Shown here: positions 41,280 to 58,250 of the stretch, in pieces
How the letters are laid out: every line of letters starts with the position of its first letter
Position numbering within the stretch: the stretch's first letter is position 1
NCBI GenBank assembly: GCA_964016885.1
Contig: OZ024745.1
Span: 28,458,001-28,522,000 of the forward strand
Direction: 5' to 3'
Length of the DNA stretch: 64,000 bases
Source of the DNA: Eledone cirrhosa
Lineage: Eukaryota
Position numbers and translations under genes: made by a program
The notes under the pieces: generated by a model
What the model was told of the DNA's origin: nothing
What the model saw: only the letters and a program-made list of their open reading frames with translations
The model's database searches: none

Positions 41280-41480
41280 GGGCGGTGAATTGACAGTATC
41301 GGTAGAGGGTTGGACGCCATGCTTTGCAGCAAAGAGTTACGTCCCTTTACAGTCTGAGTTCAAATCCCGCCGAGGTTAACTTTGCCTTTCATCCTTACGG
41401 GGTCGATAAAATAAAGTACCAGTAATGCACTGGGTAATTGCTGGCCTTGTGCCTAAAGTAGAAACAATTATTATTATTAT
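41280..41480 (+). mobile_element. SINE S1
   Basis: Full-length match. Confidence 0.85.
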
Positions 41481-41643
41481 TACTATATATATTAAAATAA
41501 CAGATTAAAGTTTAAGCAAAGAATCGCTACTTTCACCCACCACCTCTTATTTTAATAAATATTTGCTCTACGGTTCTTATATATCTGATATGTTTATCCT
41601 TATCGAGCCCTCTTTGGATTTTAGTCTTCAAATTTATTATTAT

Positions 41644-41690
<47 letters not shown>

Positions 41691-41919
41691 ATTTACACTA
41701 ATAATAAACCGATGCCGCTGTGAATGCACACTTTCAACACAGATTATCTTATCCACATAACATTGAATGCGTAAACTGGTGCCATCTATAGTAATATAAT
41801 AATACATATCACCTAACACTATTTGTATATTTATATTGATTTAACTCTCAGGAAATGTGAGATAAAGTCAGTACATAACGTTTCATGTTACGCCCTTCTA
41901 CAGAAAGGTAGAAACAAAC

Positions 41920-41954
<35 letters not shown>

Positions 41955-41958
<4 letters not shown>

Positions 41959-42166
41959 TTCTACTCTATGCACAAGGCCAGCAATTTGAGGGGAGGGGGG
42001 TCGATTCAATCGACCCAGTGCATTACTGGTGCTTTGTTTTATCGATCCCGTAAGGATGAAAAGCAAAGCTAACCACGGGGTGATTTGAACTCAGAACGTA
42101 AAGGGCCATAAAACAATGTCGCAAAGCATAGTGCCCGACCCCCTACTGATACTGCCAATCCACCGC
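41955..42166 (-). mobile_element. SINE S1 (diverged, (ACT)n tail)
   Basis: Reverse-complement match. Confidence 0.8.
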
Positions 42167-42254
42167 AATAACAATAATGACAATTTCTCTATTAACCCCA
42201 AAGGGTGTACATTAAGAAAACATTAAGGATAACACAGGACAAAATATTGAGTGT

Positions 42255-42294
<40 letters not shown>

Positions 42295-42513
42295 TTTGGT
42301 GTGTGTGTTGGTGTGTGGGTTTTGCGTGTAAAAAGGTTTAGCAATAATAAAAAGGGGGTAACAATAAACATTTTGACAATGAGTACCCCTCCAGTTTACT
42401 CAGCTGTAGATATGAGATGATAGGACTGGGGTCCCTATCATTAAATTACCCAAGACACCTCCAACGAGATATACCTTGGAGGAGGCCAGCTAAACCTGCA
42501 TAGGTGTGAGCTG

Positions 42514-42577
<64 letters not shown>

Positions 42578-42859
42578 ACACACACATACACACACACACA
42601 CACACCTCAATAGAAAGGAGACGTTCGTGGGCCACTCGTGAAAAAAAAGCCCTTTAAAACCCCACTTGCGCTGACCGCTAAGATAAGTGACCTCTTTCAG
42701 TTCTTCATTTCCGATTTAGATGCGTATACTTAGGACAGGGCCGTACAGTGGGACTATAGTTATCTCTCTCACCCACCATTCAACAAACTGGCCAGGAGGC
42801 AGCAGTTCCCTCTTCACCCTGATTTTCAGCTTCAAGTGAAACTTGAAAAAGTTAATAAT

Positions 42860-43046
42860 AATTGTTTCTACTTTTTGGCACAAGGCCAGTAATTACCCAG
42901 TGCATTACTGGTACTTTATTTTATCGACCCCGTAAGGATGAAAGGCAAAGTTAACCTCGGTGGGATTCGAACTCAGAATGGCAAGGGCCGTAACTCTATG
43001 CGTCAAAGCATAGCGTCCGACCCTCTACCGATACTGCCAATCCATG
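42860..43046 (-). mobile_element. SINE S1 with a probable 16-bp TSD
   Basis: aaaagttaataataat on both sides. Confidence 0.85.
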
Positions 43047-43059
43047 CAAAAGTTAATAA

Positions 43060-43490
43060 TAATGGTTTCTTTATTGTCCATACATGGCTGATATTAACCA
43101 AATGATTCCGACAGCAAAGGACGTTACAGTGTCGGTTAAAAAAAAAAAGCTTAAATAATAAACATTTTAAAACAAATTCCCCAATAGGGGAAGTGGCCTC
43201 TGGAGGTCATTCATGGAGAAAGTCCACAATAAACCACAGTGCCCTCTCCCAGTTGCCCTCCTCCAATCTACATTTTCAGAGCAGGCCCATTCACTCGGGT
43301 CATACTCGCCATTCTCACCCTCCTTTCAACAAACTGGTTGGAAGATAGCACATCCCATCCCACCCTGAATTTCTTCTCCAAGTGAAACCTGAAAAAGTTA
43401 ATCAGGGCTTCACCGAAGAGGAAAATGCTTGTCTTCAAACATTTCAAACGCGTTGACCACACGACCTCTTTCGCCGCGGCCACCATGCAG
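43060..43490 (-). mobile_element. LINE (probably L1/Tx1-type) 3' end; related fragment at about 42740-42853
   Basis: VAAAKEVVWSTRLK...LINFFRFHL...FVERR, then a 3' UTR with AATAAA and an (ATT)n tail. Confidence 0.5.
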
Positions 43491-44602
43491 ATAAGACCTG
43501 CTTGTCCTTCCCGACATAAAACGTATTACATTAGCCCAAGATGTAATGATTGCGAAAAGAATTTCCTAACCATTCAGTCATACAAATTTTTATGCACACA
43601 CACACACGCACACACGCACACACACACACACACACACATGATCAGAAAATAAAACATTCACGCGAACAAAAAATGACACGCAAATATATATACAACAGCA
43701 CGTGCTCATTCACACATACACACAATAACTGAAACAGATATATACACACACGTGCATAGGTAACACATAGTTACACACACACACACATACAGACAAATAA
43801 ACAAATAGAACATACATAGACATACACAAATACATGCTCATATATACACAACTACAAAATAACTAACACACGTACACATACGTATACAGAGAAATAAATA
43901 AACAGAAACTCAAGTACACACACACACACATACACACATATATACACACACACATACATACATACATACACAGACAGACACATATACACACACACGTAAA
44001 CGAAAATCACAAAAAATAACGCGCACGCGTGTAAATCTCAAAATTCAGAAAAGCGTTAAAGAACAGTCACAAAAATACCAAACACACACACACACACATA
44101 GATATATCAACAAACACACACACAGTCAGATATATATATATATATAAACAAACATACACAGGTGTATACATAAACAAACACTCACAGATACACAAACATA
44201 CAAATAAACAGGCACACATATACATACACACAAACACACACAGGCTTAGACTTAAACACACACACAAACATACACTCAAACACACACACATGTATACACA
44301 AACGCGTATACGTATACATATACGTATACAGATACGTATTCACGCACAAACAACACCAGACACACACATAAACACATACATATATATATATATAAACAAA
44401 CACACATAGATACACAAACACACAAACCGGCACGTGTACGCACACACACACAAACACACACAGATATATACAGATATATATACAAACAAATAAACAGGCA
44501 CATGTACACACACACACACACAGATATACAAACAAACACACACATGTATATACAAACACTCATAGATACACACACGCGCGCACACACACACACACGCACG
44601 CG

Positions 44603-44707
<105 letters not shown>

Positions 44708-44995
44708 TTTGACACACATAAGTCCACATAGACGCCTTTGACACGCACGCTATTCAGCATGTTAGTTACAGCTAGGCGCAGCGATGGTTTGATGTAGAAG
44801 ATCAAGAGAATTCGCTCCCGCACAAAATGGCTGCCAAGCTAAAGAAGATTTCTTTGATGTGATGGATGGGGCGAAGTGATGTTCCCCCGCAGTGAAACAA
44901 ACCAGCTTCCATATTTGAATGGCTCAGTTTTAAAGCCCTGGAATGTATGAATGTATGAATATTGCGTTGATGAATAGGAAGTGAGGTGGTTGAAT

Positions 44996-45055
<60 letters not shown>

Positions 45056-45102
45056 AAAGAGAAAGAGAGAGTGAGAGAGAGAACGATATATAGATAGATG
45101 TA

Positions 45103-45185
<83 letters not shown>

Positions 45186-45574
45186 ATATATATATGTGTG
45201 TGTCTGTGTGTATGTATATGTGTGTGTATGTAAGAGGTTGAAAAGTGAAGATAAGTACAGTTGGAGAAAATATGTAAGACAGTCTTGAAGAGAGAGAGGT
45301 GGGGCGGAGAAAAGGAAGAAGTGGAGAGTGTAGGAAGAGTGAATGGTGGTGGAGAGAGATAGGGAGTGGGAGGGGAAGAAGGGTAGGATGAAATGGGGTA
45401 GAGATTGTTTGATGTAGGTGGAAACATAAGTAATTTGAAGAAAGGGAGGAGAAGGAGGAGGAGGAGCAGGGCAGAATAGATAGATAGAGAGCGCGCCTGT
45501 CAGACAGATAGATATATATAGAGAGAGAGAGTGGGGAAAGAGAGATTGAGATAGGTAAATTGATAGATAGATAA

Positions 45575-45626
<52 letters not shown>

Positions 45627-46339
45627 GTAAGTAGATAGATAGATAAAGCTAACATGCTAGCGTAAATACATCACATTAGCAGTGATATAGGCTTTCATAT
45701 ATTGCGAATATTAACAGTATATATTTGAATGATATTAAGAAATTAAATGATGGACTGCAGAATGAAGCTGAGTTATTAAAAGACTGAGAATCACTAATGT
45801 AGATTCCGCTTTCAATGGAAATATATTAAAACTGTTTAGCAGAGTCATCAGAGCATCGGATATTGGTTCCGGGTCCCTGCGTGCTAAGTTAAATTACCGC
45901 CGATGTCTACTTTACCGTTTAGCTTTTCATCTTTTCGGGGTCGATAAAGAAAGTAACATCCCAAGGCTGGTGCAACCATTTATATTTTGTCACATCATTT
46001 ATATTTTGCTGGATGGTCAAGAGGATTTCCGTGTCTATTCGCGACTGCATGGGCACCTAAAACCCTTAGCGAAAGCATGGAACATTCCACCAAGTTATAC
46101 TCGATTGCTAGTGACCGATGTAGCTCTATATCGTGTAAAAGGTCTGCTACGCTGGAAAGAGGTTAGTAAGTGTGGGTGGTGGTGTGGGAGGATATTTTAG
46201 GAAAAATATAATTCATCTTCAAGTTATAAATTGATTAAAATATTCCATAATGGTATATCAGATACTCTTGAAGTCGCAAGAACATTTGAAATCAATGTCA
46301 GTAAAAAAAACATCAAAGGTCTTTGGAGAAACGTCACTC

Positions 46340-46647
46340 GATAGAATGCGTAGCTCGGAGATCAGAGAGTCACTCTAGGTAGAGCCGCTATTTCTCCGAA
46401 TTGAGCGAGATCACAGCTCTGATGCTCTGGGCATGTGGGGAGAATGTCTCAAGAAAGATCGCTCGAAAAATAGGACGCCAGTCCATCGCAGGGTTAAACC
46501 CTCCGCTATTGCTGGTACTCATTTTCAGCTGAGTATACTGGAGCAACGTAAAATGAAGTTTTACTCAAGAACACAACACGCAACCCAGGAATCGAACTCA
46601 CGACATTATGATCGTCAGTCCAACACCCTTACCAATAGGCAACGTGT
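46340..46647 (-). mobile_element. tRNA-derived CORE-like SINE variant
   Basis: gagttcgattcc B box, ttcttgagtaaaactt CORE-like segment, then ccctgcgatggactggcgtcc. Confidence 0.6.
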
Positions 46648-47125
46648 TTCAGATAAAGCTGCTATGTCTATGTCCAATCTTCTGAGTTCTTTTGTCACAA
46701 GTGAAGTTCTACGCTCCGGACGTCCAGACAAGTTTCTGTCCTAACGTTCCAACAACAAATGTTGAATTGGACGCTATCTTTCGCATATTTTTTGCATTTT
46801 ACTTTATTCTTATTCCTGCTCGAGTGAGGCAAAGTAAGCCCGGGGTGCCTGTACGTAGACTTGTGACTATAAACTTCCAACTGGTCAGGTCTGCACATGT
46901 TACCATTCGTCTATCACCGCAGTATTTCAGAAATAGAATAGACGATGAAAGATGTAATAGACATCTGTACATCAGTATATTATAGTGGTAAACGCTTCTA
47001 CAACACTAGTACCACTCTCTGAGTATCCGCAACTAGAGTCCAGTGACATGCTGGAGCAAGATGACTGGGAGTTGCTTCAACTGCAGATTTTAAGGAGTTT
47101 CCTTCTCACTTAGTGACACCCATAC
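46640..47125 (-). mobile_element. RTE (BovB-like) LINE 5' end: 5' UTR and APE N-terminus
   Basis: FNICCWNVRT, then after a frameshift RPERRTSLVTKELRRLDIDIAALSETR. Confidence 0.85.
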
Positions 47126-47229
47126 ATACGACAATCACACACACACTCACACACGCACACACAAACACATAAACAAACAAACACACACACGCCACTCACT
47201 TACACACACATATATAGATATTACGTACA

Positions 47230-48300
47230 TACAGACATGATGGCTGCAAACTCTGTTAAGAGTATTGCAATCGCTTGTCAGATTACAGAAAATGGTGCAC
47301 CTTTAGGCTACGACCAGCCACACGAACCTGTAACAGAACCTAAACAAGCAATGCCTGTGCTTTGGATGTGTTTTTAAGTGGGAAAAGGCCTTGTACTCGA
47401 CCAATCCCACTCTCTGAGCATCGAAAACACTACCCGAAAAGGAGAGCTAGTCAACATCATCGGATGCTTCCGAAGCCGCAGGTTTTTTTTTTTTTGGTTT
47501 TTTTTTCAGAATTTCCCTCTCCTAGAAAGATGTGACAACAACTGGGGGCCTTCCACTCCCAGGTGAAAAAAAAAAAAAATACTATTTGGATGGCCGTTGA
47601 CACTGCTGAGTTCCTCCACCCTTTGCTGGGTCTTATATTTCATCCCGCATGGTGTCCAAATATCACCCTCCTCACCAAGCTAGCTTGGTGGAGTTGCTGG
47701 TTCAATCACCGACGACCCGTTACCAGTAGCACTCTAGACGACCTGACATATATACATAGATACATGATGGCTGCCCCCTCGTTATCGAGTATGGTCATTG
47801 CACGATATACCATTATTAATAATTATTAATTAATTCTATCGTGCAATGCCTGTGCGTGAAGATATTTTTTAAAGTGAGGAAAGACTGTGCACTGAGCCAA
47901 TCCCACTCTCTGAGCGACAGTAGCTATAACCCGAAAAGAAGAAAAGATCAACATCATAGGTAACTACTGAGCCGCAGGTTTTATATTGGAGTTATCCCAG
48001 TTTCCTGAGTTGCCTTCTCCTAGAAGAATGCCCTGACAAAGGCTAGGGGCCTTCACTCCCAGTGGTTTAACCGCGCGGTACATGTCTATATACATATTTA
48101 CACACTTTTGGATGGCCGTTGACTCCTATGAGTTTTTCCACCCTTTGTCAGGTTTTGTTTTTTGTCCTGCAAGGTGTCGAAAATCACCCTCCCCACCAAG
48201 TAAACTTGGTGGGGTTGCAGGTTTAGTCGCCGACGATCCGACCATGTGACAGGTTGTACTGGGTTACATGTTACCAGTAGCACTCAAGAGTGACCCGACA
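47230..48300 (-). mobile_element. Two tandem diverged elements of about 530 bp resembling RTE 5' UTRs
   Basis: Copies at about 47230-47750 and 47760-48300; tctaggagaaggcaactc motif; relatives at about 33890-34230 and 36903-36962. Confidence 0.55.
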
Positions 48301-48613
48301 TACATACATACATACATACAAATATATATATATACAAACATACATATATATATATACACACAGTGTACCAGTGAAGTCCACCTGAAACAAATGAATTGAT
48401 CGATTCTATACGATGTACATCTATTGACAAAATCAGCACAGCTCCAATAACACTGATGGTTAACAACTACTACTACTGCTGCTGCTGCTGCTACTACTAC
48501 TACTACTACTACAGCAATAACAACAGTAGTAACAATATGTATATATATGTATATATATATACATATATATGCCTATATATGTATATATATATATGTATAT
48601 ATATATATGTATA

Positions 48614-48721
<108 letters not shown>

Positions 48722-48730
48722 TAATATGTA

Positions 48731-48796
<66 letters not shown>

Positions 48797-48909
48797 TAAT
48801 GTGTATATATATATATATGTATATATATATGCCTATATATGTATATATACACACACAACTATTGATGTCTAATATGATCACTTAGTAGTCATAGACATCA
48901 TTAGTTATT

Positions 48910-50834
48910 ATCACAACACTACCACCTCAACCATCACTACTACAACCACCACTACCACAACCACAACCTCAACCACCACAACCACAACCACCACAATCAC
49001 CAACATCACAACCACCACTACCACAACCACAACCACAACCACCACAATCACCAACATCACAACCACCACTACCACAATCACAACCTCAACCACCACAACC
49101 ACCAACATCACAACCACCACTACCACAACCACAACCACCACAACCACCAACATCACAACCACCACTACCACAACCACAACCACCACAACCACCAACATCA
49201 CAACCACCACCATCACAACCACCACTACCACAACCACAACCACCACAACCACCAACATCACAACCACCACTACCACAACCACAACCACCACAACCACCAA
49301 CATCACAACCACCACTACCACAACCACAACCACCACAACCACCAACATCACAACCACCACTACCACAACCACAACCACCACAATCACCAACATCACAACC
49401 ACCACTACCACAACCACAACTACCACAATCACCAACATCACAACCACCACTACCACAACCACAACCACAACCACCACAACCACCAACATCACAACCACCA
49501 CTACCACAATCACAACCTCAACCACCACAGCCACCAACATCACAACCACCACTACCACAACCACAACCACCACAACCACCAACATCACAACCACCACAAC
49601 CACAACCTCAACCACCACAACCACCAACATCACAACCACCACCACCACTACCACAACCACTACCACCACAACCACCACTACCACAACCACCACCATCACA
49701 ACCACCACTACCACAACCACAACCACCACAACCACCAACATCACAACCACCACTACCACAACCTCAACCACCACAACCACCAACATCACAACCACCACAA
49801 CCACAACCTCAACCACCACAACCACCAACATCACAACCACCACAACCACAACCACAACCACCACAACCACCAACATCACAACCACCACCACCACTACCAC
49901 AACCACTACCACCACAACCACCACTACCACAACCACCACCATCACAACCACCACTACCACAACCACAACCACAACCACCAACATCACAACCACCACTACC
50001 ACAACCACAACCACCACAACCACCAACATCACAACCACCACTACCACAACCACAACCACAACCACCACAACCACCAACATCACAACCACCACAACCACAA
50101 CCTCAACCACCACAACCACCAACATCACAACCACCACCACCACTACCACAACCACTACCACCACAACCACCACTACCACAACCACCACCATCACAACCAC
50201 CACTACCACAACCTCAACCACCACAACCACCAACATCACAACCACCACAACCACAACCTCAACCACCACAACCACCAACATCACAACCACCACAACCACA
50301 ACCACAACCACCACAACCACCAACATCACAACCACCACCACCACTACCACAACCACTACCACCACAACCACCACTACCACAACCACCACCATCACAACCA
50401 CCACTACCACAACCACAACCACAACCACCAACATCACAACCACCAACATCACAACCACCACCACCACTACCACAACCACTACCACCACAACCACCACTAC
50501 CACAACCACCACCATCACAACCACTACTACCACAACCACCACTACTACAACCACCACCACTACAACCACCACTACAACCACATCAAACTGCACACCACCA
50601 ACACCGCCAATGCCATCGCCACCATTACTGCCAGCACAACCACAAGGAACACCACCTCTACTACTACTACCACATTAGCTACACAAACGACCATCACCAC
50701 CACCAACAACACCACCACCACGATACTACCACCATCACTGCCATCAACATCCCCCATCGTCATCACATTCTCCACTACTACTACTACTACTGCTGTTCTG
50801 CTGCTGCTGTTTCTACTACTACTACTACTGCCAA

Positions 50835-50894
<60 letters not shown>

Positions 50895-50906
50895 TACTGC
50901 CAATAA

Positions 50907-50986
<80 letters not shown>

Positions 50987-52880
50987 ATACAACTACTACT
51001 ACTACTGCTAGTATCACTACTACTACTATTACCACTAATACTACCAACTCTATTAATACCATCAATAACAAAAATATCACCCAAACCCTCCCACCATGCC
51101 CCCAACATCAGAACCAGTAACACACCACCACCACCACCATCACTACTATTATTACTACCACGACTATTACTAACACTAACCACTACACACCACCACCACT
51201 AACACCTCCATCATCACCACCACCACCAGTAACACCTCCATCATCACCACCACCGCCAGTAACACCTCCATCACCATCACCACCACCACTAACACCTCCA
51301 TCATCACCACCACCACCACTAACACCTCCATCATCACCACCACCACCACTAACACCTCCATCATCACCACCACCACTACTAACCTCAATACCAACGAAAT
51401 ACCCCCACCACCATCACTATCATCGTCACCAACGCCACTACCCTTACCAACACTATCAACAAAAACACCCACACCATTACCAAAATTACCACCACCAACA
51501 CCACCAACACCACCAAAACTACCACCACCAACACCGCCAGCACCACCAACAACAATACCACGACCATCATCACCACCAACACCACTACCACTCTTACTAA
51601 CAACACTACCACCACCAACACCACCAACACTACCACCACCACCACCACCACCACCACCGCAATTACCAACAATACCACCACCAACACCACCACCACCAAC
51701 AACACTACTACCACCACTACCACCCTTACTAACAATACCAACAAAACTTCTCCACCACCAACACCACCAACACTACCACCACCAACACCACCAACTCTAC
51801 CACCACCAACACCATCACCAACACCACCACCACCACCATCACCACCACCACCACCAACACCAACATCATTACCAACACTATCACCACCAACACCACCACC
51901 ACCATTACCAACACTACCACCACCAACACCACCACCACCAACACCACCACCACCATTACCAACACTACCACCACCAACACCACCACCACCATTACCAACA
52001 CTACCACCACCAACACCACCACCACCATTACCAACACTACCACCACCAACACCACCACCACCATTACCAACACTACCACCACCAACACCAGCACCACCAT
52101 TACCAACACTACCAGCACCAACACCACTACCACCATTACCAACACTACCACCACCAAAACCACCACCACCATTACCAACACTACCACCACCAACACCAGC
52201 ACCACCATTACCAACACTACCACCACCAACACCAGCACCACCATTACCAACACTACCACCACCAACACCACCACCACCATTACCAACACTACCACCACCA
52301 ACACCACCACCACCATTACCAACACTACCACCACCAACACCACCACCACCATTACCAACACTACCACCACCAACACCACTACCACCATTACCAACACTAC
52401 CACCACCAACACCACCACCACCATTACCAACACTACCACTACCAACACCACCACCACCAACACCACCACCAACACCACCACCAACACCAACACTACCACC
52501 ACCACTACCACCCTTACTAACAATACCAATAAAACACCACCACCGACACCACCAACACTACTACCACCACTACCACCCTCACTAACAATACCAATAAAAT
52601 ATCCCCACCATTACCAACACTACCACCACCGACACCCCCAACACTACTACCACCACTACCACCCTTACTAACAATACCAATAAAACACCCCCACCATTAC
52701 CAACACTACCACCACCGACACCACCAACACTACTACAACCGCTACCACCCTTACTAACAATACCAATAAAACACCCTCACCATTACCAACACTACCACCA
52801 CCACCACCAACACTACTACAACCACTGCCACTCTTACTAACAATACCAATAAAACTCCCCCCCCCCCCACCACCACCACC
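48910..52880. repeat. ACC/ACA/ACT-based minisatellite blocks
   Basis: Higher-order units such as accaccaacatcacaaccaccactaccacaaccaca; the poly-Val ORFs are artefacts. Confidence 0.9.
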
Positions 52881-53009
52881 ACCAGCACCACTACAATTAT
52901 TAGAGGCGGCATTACGTCGCTCTTTGTTAAATAACATCAAAGCAGGAATTTGAAAAAGTCAATCGTAGTAGTTGGCTGTTATCTTCAGACATGAAAGAGA
53001 AATAAAAAC

Positions 53010-56000
53010 ACTTACACCACCATCACTACCACACTACCACTAACACTAACACTTACACCACCATCACCATCACTACCACACTACCACTAACACTAACACT
53101 TACACCACCATCACTACCACACTACCACTAACACTAACACTTACACCACCATCACCATCACTACCACACTACCACTAACACTAACACTTACACCACCATC
53201 ACTACCACCAAAACTAACACTTACACCACCATCACTACCACTACCACACTACCACTTACACCACCATCACTACCACACTACCACTAACACTAACACTTAC
53301 ACCACCATCACTACCACTACCACACTACCACTAACACTAACACTTACACCACCATCACTACCACTACCACACTACCACTACCACACTACCACTAACACTA
53401 ACACTTACACCACCATCACTACCACTACCACACTACCACTACCACACTACCACTAACACTAACACTTACACCACCATCACTACCACACTAACACGTACAC
53501 CACCATCACTACCACTACCACACTACCACTTACACCACCATCACTACCACTACCACACTACCACTAACACTAACACTTACACCACCATCACTACCACTAC
53601 TACACTAGCACTAACACTAACACTTACACCACCATCACTACCACTACCACACTAGCACTAACACTAATACTTACACCACCATCACCACCACCACCACCAG
53701 CACCACCATTACCAACACTACCACCACCAACACCACCACCACCAACACCACCACCACCACCAACACCACCACCGTTACCAACAATACCACCACCAACACC
53801 ACCACCAACATTACCAACACTACCACCACCAACACCACCACCAACACCACCACCAACACCAACACTACCACTACCACCCTTACTAACAATACCAACAAAA
53901 CTCCCACCACCACCACCACTACCACCAACACCACCAACACTACTACCACCACTACCACCCTTACTAACAATACCAATAAAACACTACCACCATTACCAAC
54001 ACTACCACCACCACCACCAACACTACTACCACCACTACCACCCTTTCTAACAATACCAATAAAACACCCCCACCTTTACCAACACTACCACCACCGACAC
54101 CACCAACAGTACTACAACCGCTACCACCCTTACTAACAATACCAATAAAACACCCCCACCTTTACCAACACTACCACCACCGACACCACCAACAGTACTA
54201 CAACCGCTACCACCCTTACTAACAATACCAATAAAACACCCCCACCATTACCAACACTACCACCACCGACACCACCAACACTACTACAACCGCTACCACC
54301 CTTACTAACAATACCAATAAAACACCCCCACCTTTACCAACACTACCACCACCGACACCACCAACACTACTACAACCGCTACCACCCTTACTAACAATAC
54401 CAATAAAACACCCCCACCATTACCAACACTACCACCACCAACACTACAACCACCACTACCACCCTTACTAACAATACCAATAAAACACCCTCACCATTAC
54501 CAACACTACCACCACCACCACCAACACTACTACAACCACTGCCACTCTTACTAACAATACCAATAAAACTCCCCCCCCCCCCCACCACCACCACCACCAG
54601 CACCACTACAATTATTAGAGGCGGCATTACGTCGCTCTTTGTTAAATAACATCAAGCAGGAATTTGAAAAAGTCAATCGTAGTAGTTGGCTGTTATCTTC
54701 AGACATGAAAGAGAAATAAAAACACTTACACCACCATCACTACCACACTACCACTAACACTAACACTTACACCACCATCACTACCACTACCACTAACACT
54801 AACACTTACACCACCATCACTACCACTACCACACTACCACTAACACTAACACTTACACCACCATCACTACCACACTACCACTAACACTAACACTTACACC
54901 ACCATCACTACCACTACCACACTACCACTAACACTAACACTTACACCACCATCACTACCACACTACCACTAACACTAACACTTACACCACCATCACTACC
55001 ACACTACCACTAACACTAACACTTACACCACTATCACTACCACTACCACACTACCACTAACACTAACACTTACACCACCATCACTACCACACTACCACTA
55101 ACACTAACACTTACACCACCATCACTACCACACTACCACTAACACTAACACTTACACCACTATCACTACCACTACCACACTACCACTAACACTAACACTT
55201 ACACCACCATCACTACCACACTACCACTAACACTAACACTTACACCACCATCACTACCACACTACCACTAACACTAACACTTACACCACCATCACTACCA
55301 CACTACCACTAACACTAACACTTACACCACCATCACTACCACTACCACACTACCACTAACACTAACACTTACACCACCATCACTACCACACTACCACACT
55401 ACCACTAACACTAACACTTACACCACCATCACTACCACACTACCACTAACACTAACACTTACACCACCATCACCATCACTACCACACTACTACTAACACT
55501 AACACTTACACCACCATCACTACCACACTACCACTAACACTAACACTTACACCACCATCACTACCACTACCATACTAGCAGTAACACTAACACTTACACC
55601 ACCATCACTACCACACTACCACTACCACTAACACTTATACCACCATCACTACCACTACCACACTACCACTAACACTAACACTTACACCACCATCACTACC
55701 ACTACCACACTAACACTAACACTTACACCACCATCACTACCACTACCACACTAACACTTACACCACCATCACTACCACTACCACACTACCACTAACACTA
55801 ACACTTACACCACCATCACTACCACTACCACACTACCACTACCGCACTACCACTAACACTAACACTTACACCACCATCACTACCACTACTACACTAGCAC
55901 TAACACTAACACTTACACCACCATCACTACCACTACTACACTAGCACTAACACTAACACTTACACCACCATCACTACCACTACCACACTACCACTACCGC

Positions 56001-57610
56001 ACTACCACTAACACTAACACTTACACCACCATCACTACCACTACTACACTAGCACTAACACTAACACTTACACCACCATCACTACCACTACCACACTAAC
56101 ACTTACACCACCATCACTACCACTACCACACTACCACTAACACTAACACTTACACCACCATCACTACCACTACCACACTACCACTACCGCACTACCACTA
56201 ACACTAACACTTACACCACCATCACTACCACTACTACACTAGCACTAACACTAACACTTACACCACCATCACTACCACTACTACACTAGCACTAACACTA
56301 ACACTTACACCACCATCACTACCACTACTACACTAGCACTAACACTAACACTTACACCACCATCACTACCACTACCACACTACCACTACCGCACTACCAC
56401 TAACACTAACACTTACACCACCATCACTACCACTACTACACTAGCACTAACACTAACACTTACACCACCATCACTACCACTACCACACTAACACTTACAC
56501 CACCATCACTACCACTACCACACTACCACTAACACTAACACTTACACCACCATCACTACCACTACCACACTACCACTACCGCACTACCACTAACACTAAC
56601 ACTTACACCACCATCACTACCACTACTACACTAGCACTAACACTAACACTTACACCACCATCACTACCACTACTACACTAGCACTAACACTAACACTTAC
56701 ACCACCATCACTACCACTACCACACTACCACTACCGCACTACCACTAACACTAACACTTACACCACCATCACTACCACTACTACACTAGCACTAACACTA
56801 ACACTTACACCACCATCACTACCACTACCACACTAACACTTACACCACCATCATTACCACTACCACACTACCACTAACACTTACACCACCATCACTACCA
56901 CTACCACACTACCACTACCACACTAGCACTAACACTAACACTTACACCACCATCACTACCACTACCACGCTAACACTTACACCACCATCACTACCACTAC
57001 CACACTACCACTAACACTAACACTTACACCACCATCACTACCACTACCACACTAGCACTAACACTAACACTTACACCACCATCACTACCACTACCACACT
57101 AGCACTAACACTAACACTTACACCACCATCACTACCACACTACCACTAACACTAACACTTACACCACCATCACTACCACTACCACACTAGCACTAACACT
57201 AACACTTACACCACCATCACTACCACTACCACACTAGCACTAACACTAACACTTACACCACCATCACTACCACACTACCACTACCACTAACACTAACACT
57301 TACACCACCATCACTACCACTACCACACTACCACTAACACTAACACTTACACCACCATCACTACATCACTACCACTACCACACTAGCACTAACACTAACA
57401 CTTACACCACCATCACTACCACACTACCACTACCACTAACACTAACACTTACACCACCATCACTACCACTACCACACTACCACTAACACTAACACTTACA
57501 CCACCATCACTACCACTACCACACTAGCACTAACACTAACACTTACACCACCATCACTACCACTACCACACTAGCACTAGCACTAACACTTACACCACCA
57601 TCACTACCCC
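53010..57610. repeat. Minisatellite with variable 33-55-bp units (acacttacaccaccatcactaccacactaccactaacacta)
   Basis: Arrays at 53010-53680 and 54720-57610, separated by a duplicated block. Confidence 0.9.
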
Positions 57611-58039
57611 TAACACTACCAGACACCACCGCCACCATCACGCCACCATCATCTCTACACACCCATCATCCCCTAACACTACCACTACTGCTAAAAGCCA
57701 CCACCGCCGCCACCATTATCATCATCATTACCAAGGCCACTAGTATTATCACCACCACCACCACCACCGCCACAAACATTACCACGTTCATACATACTGA
57801 CCACCATACCCGACAACTCGCCTAGTTCGGACAGGGCTGGTGCTACCATTAAGACCAACTCGGCCACTACATAGAGTGCAGACCTTACAGTGATATATTA
57901 CTGATCCTTAGAGAATCATGATCATCATGATCATCATCTTCTTCTTTTTGAAGTCATCCATCTTTCGAAAGTGAAGCATTTATTTTGCTATTTCTAATGG
58001 CTAGAATATATGCGGGTCTTCACACCTACATAGACATCC

Positions 58040-58250
58040 ACGTCACAGATGTGGTCCGAGGAAAAGGCAATGACCAATACAACTTGACACCAGTGACCTC
58101 GCAACTCGTTTCTATTGCTGAGTAAGCAGGAGCAACGTGAAATAAAGTGTCTTGCTCAAGGTCACAACGCATCACCCAGTCCAAGAATCGAACTCACCAC
58201 CTCCCGATTGTAAACCCAATGCTCTAACCTCAAATCCATGCGCCTTCACT
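58040..58250 (-). mobile_element. CORE-type SINE (S2)
   Basis: Matches 28900-29050. Confidence 0.8.
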
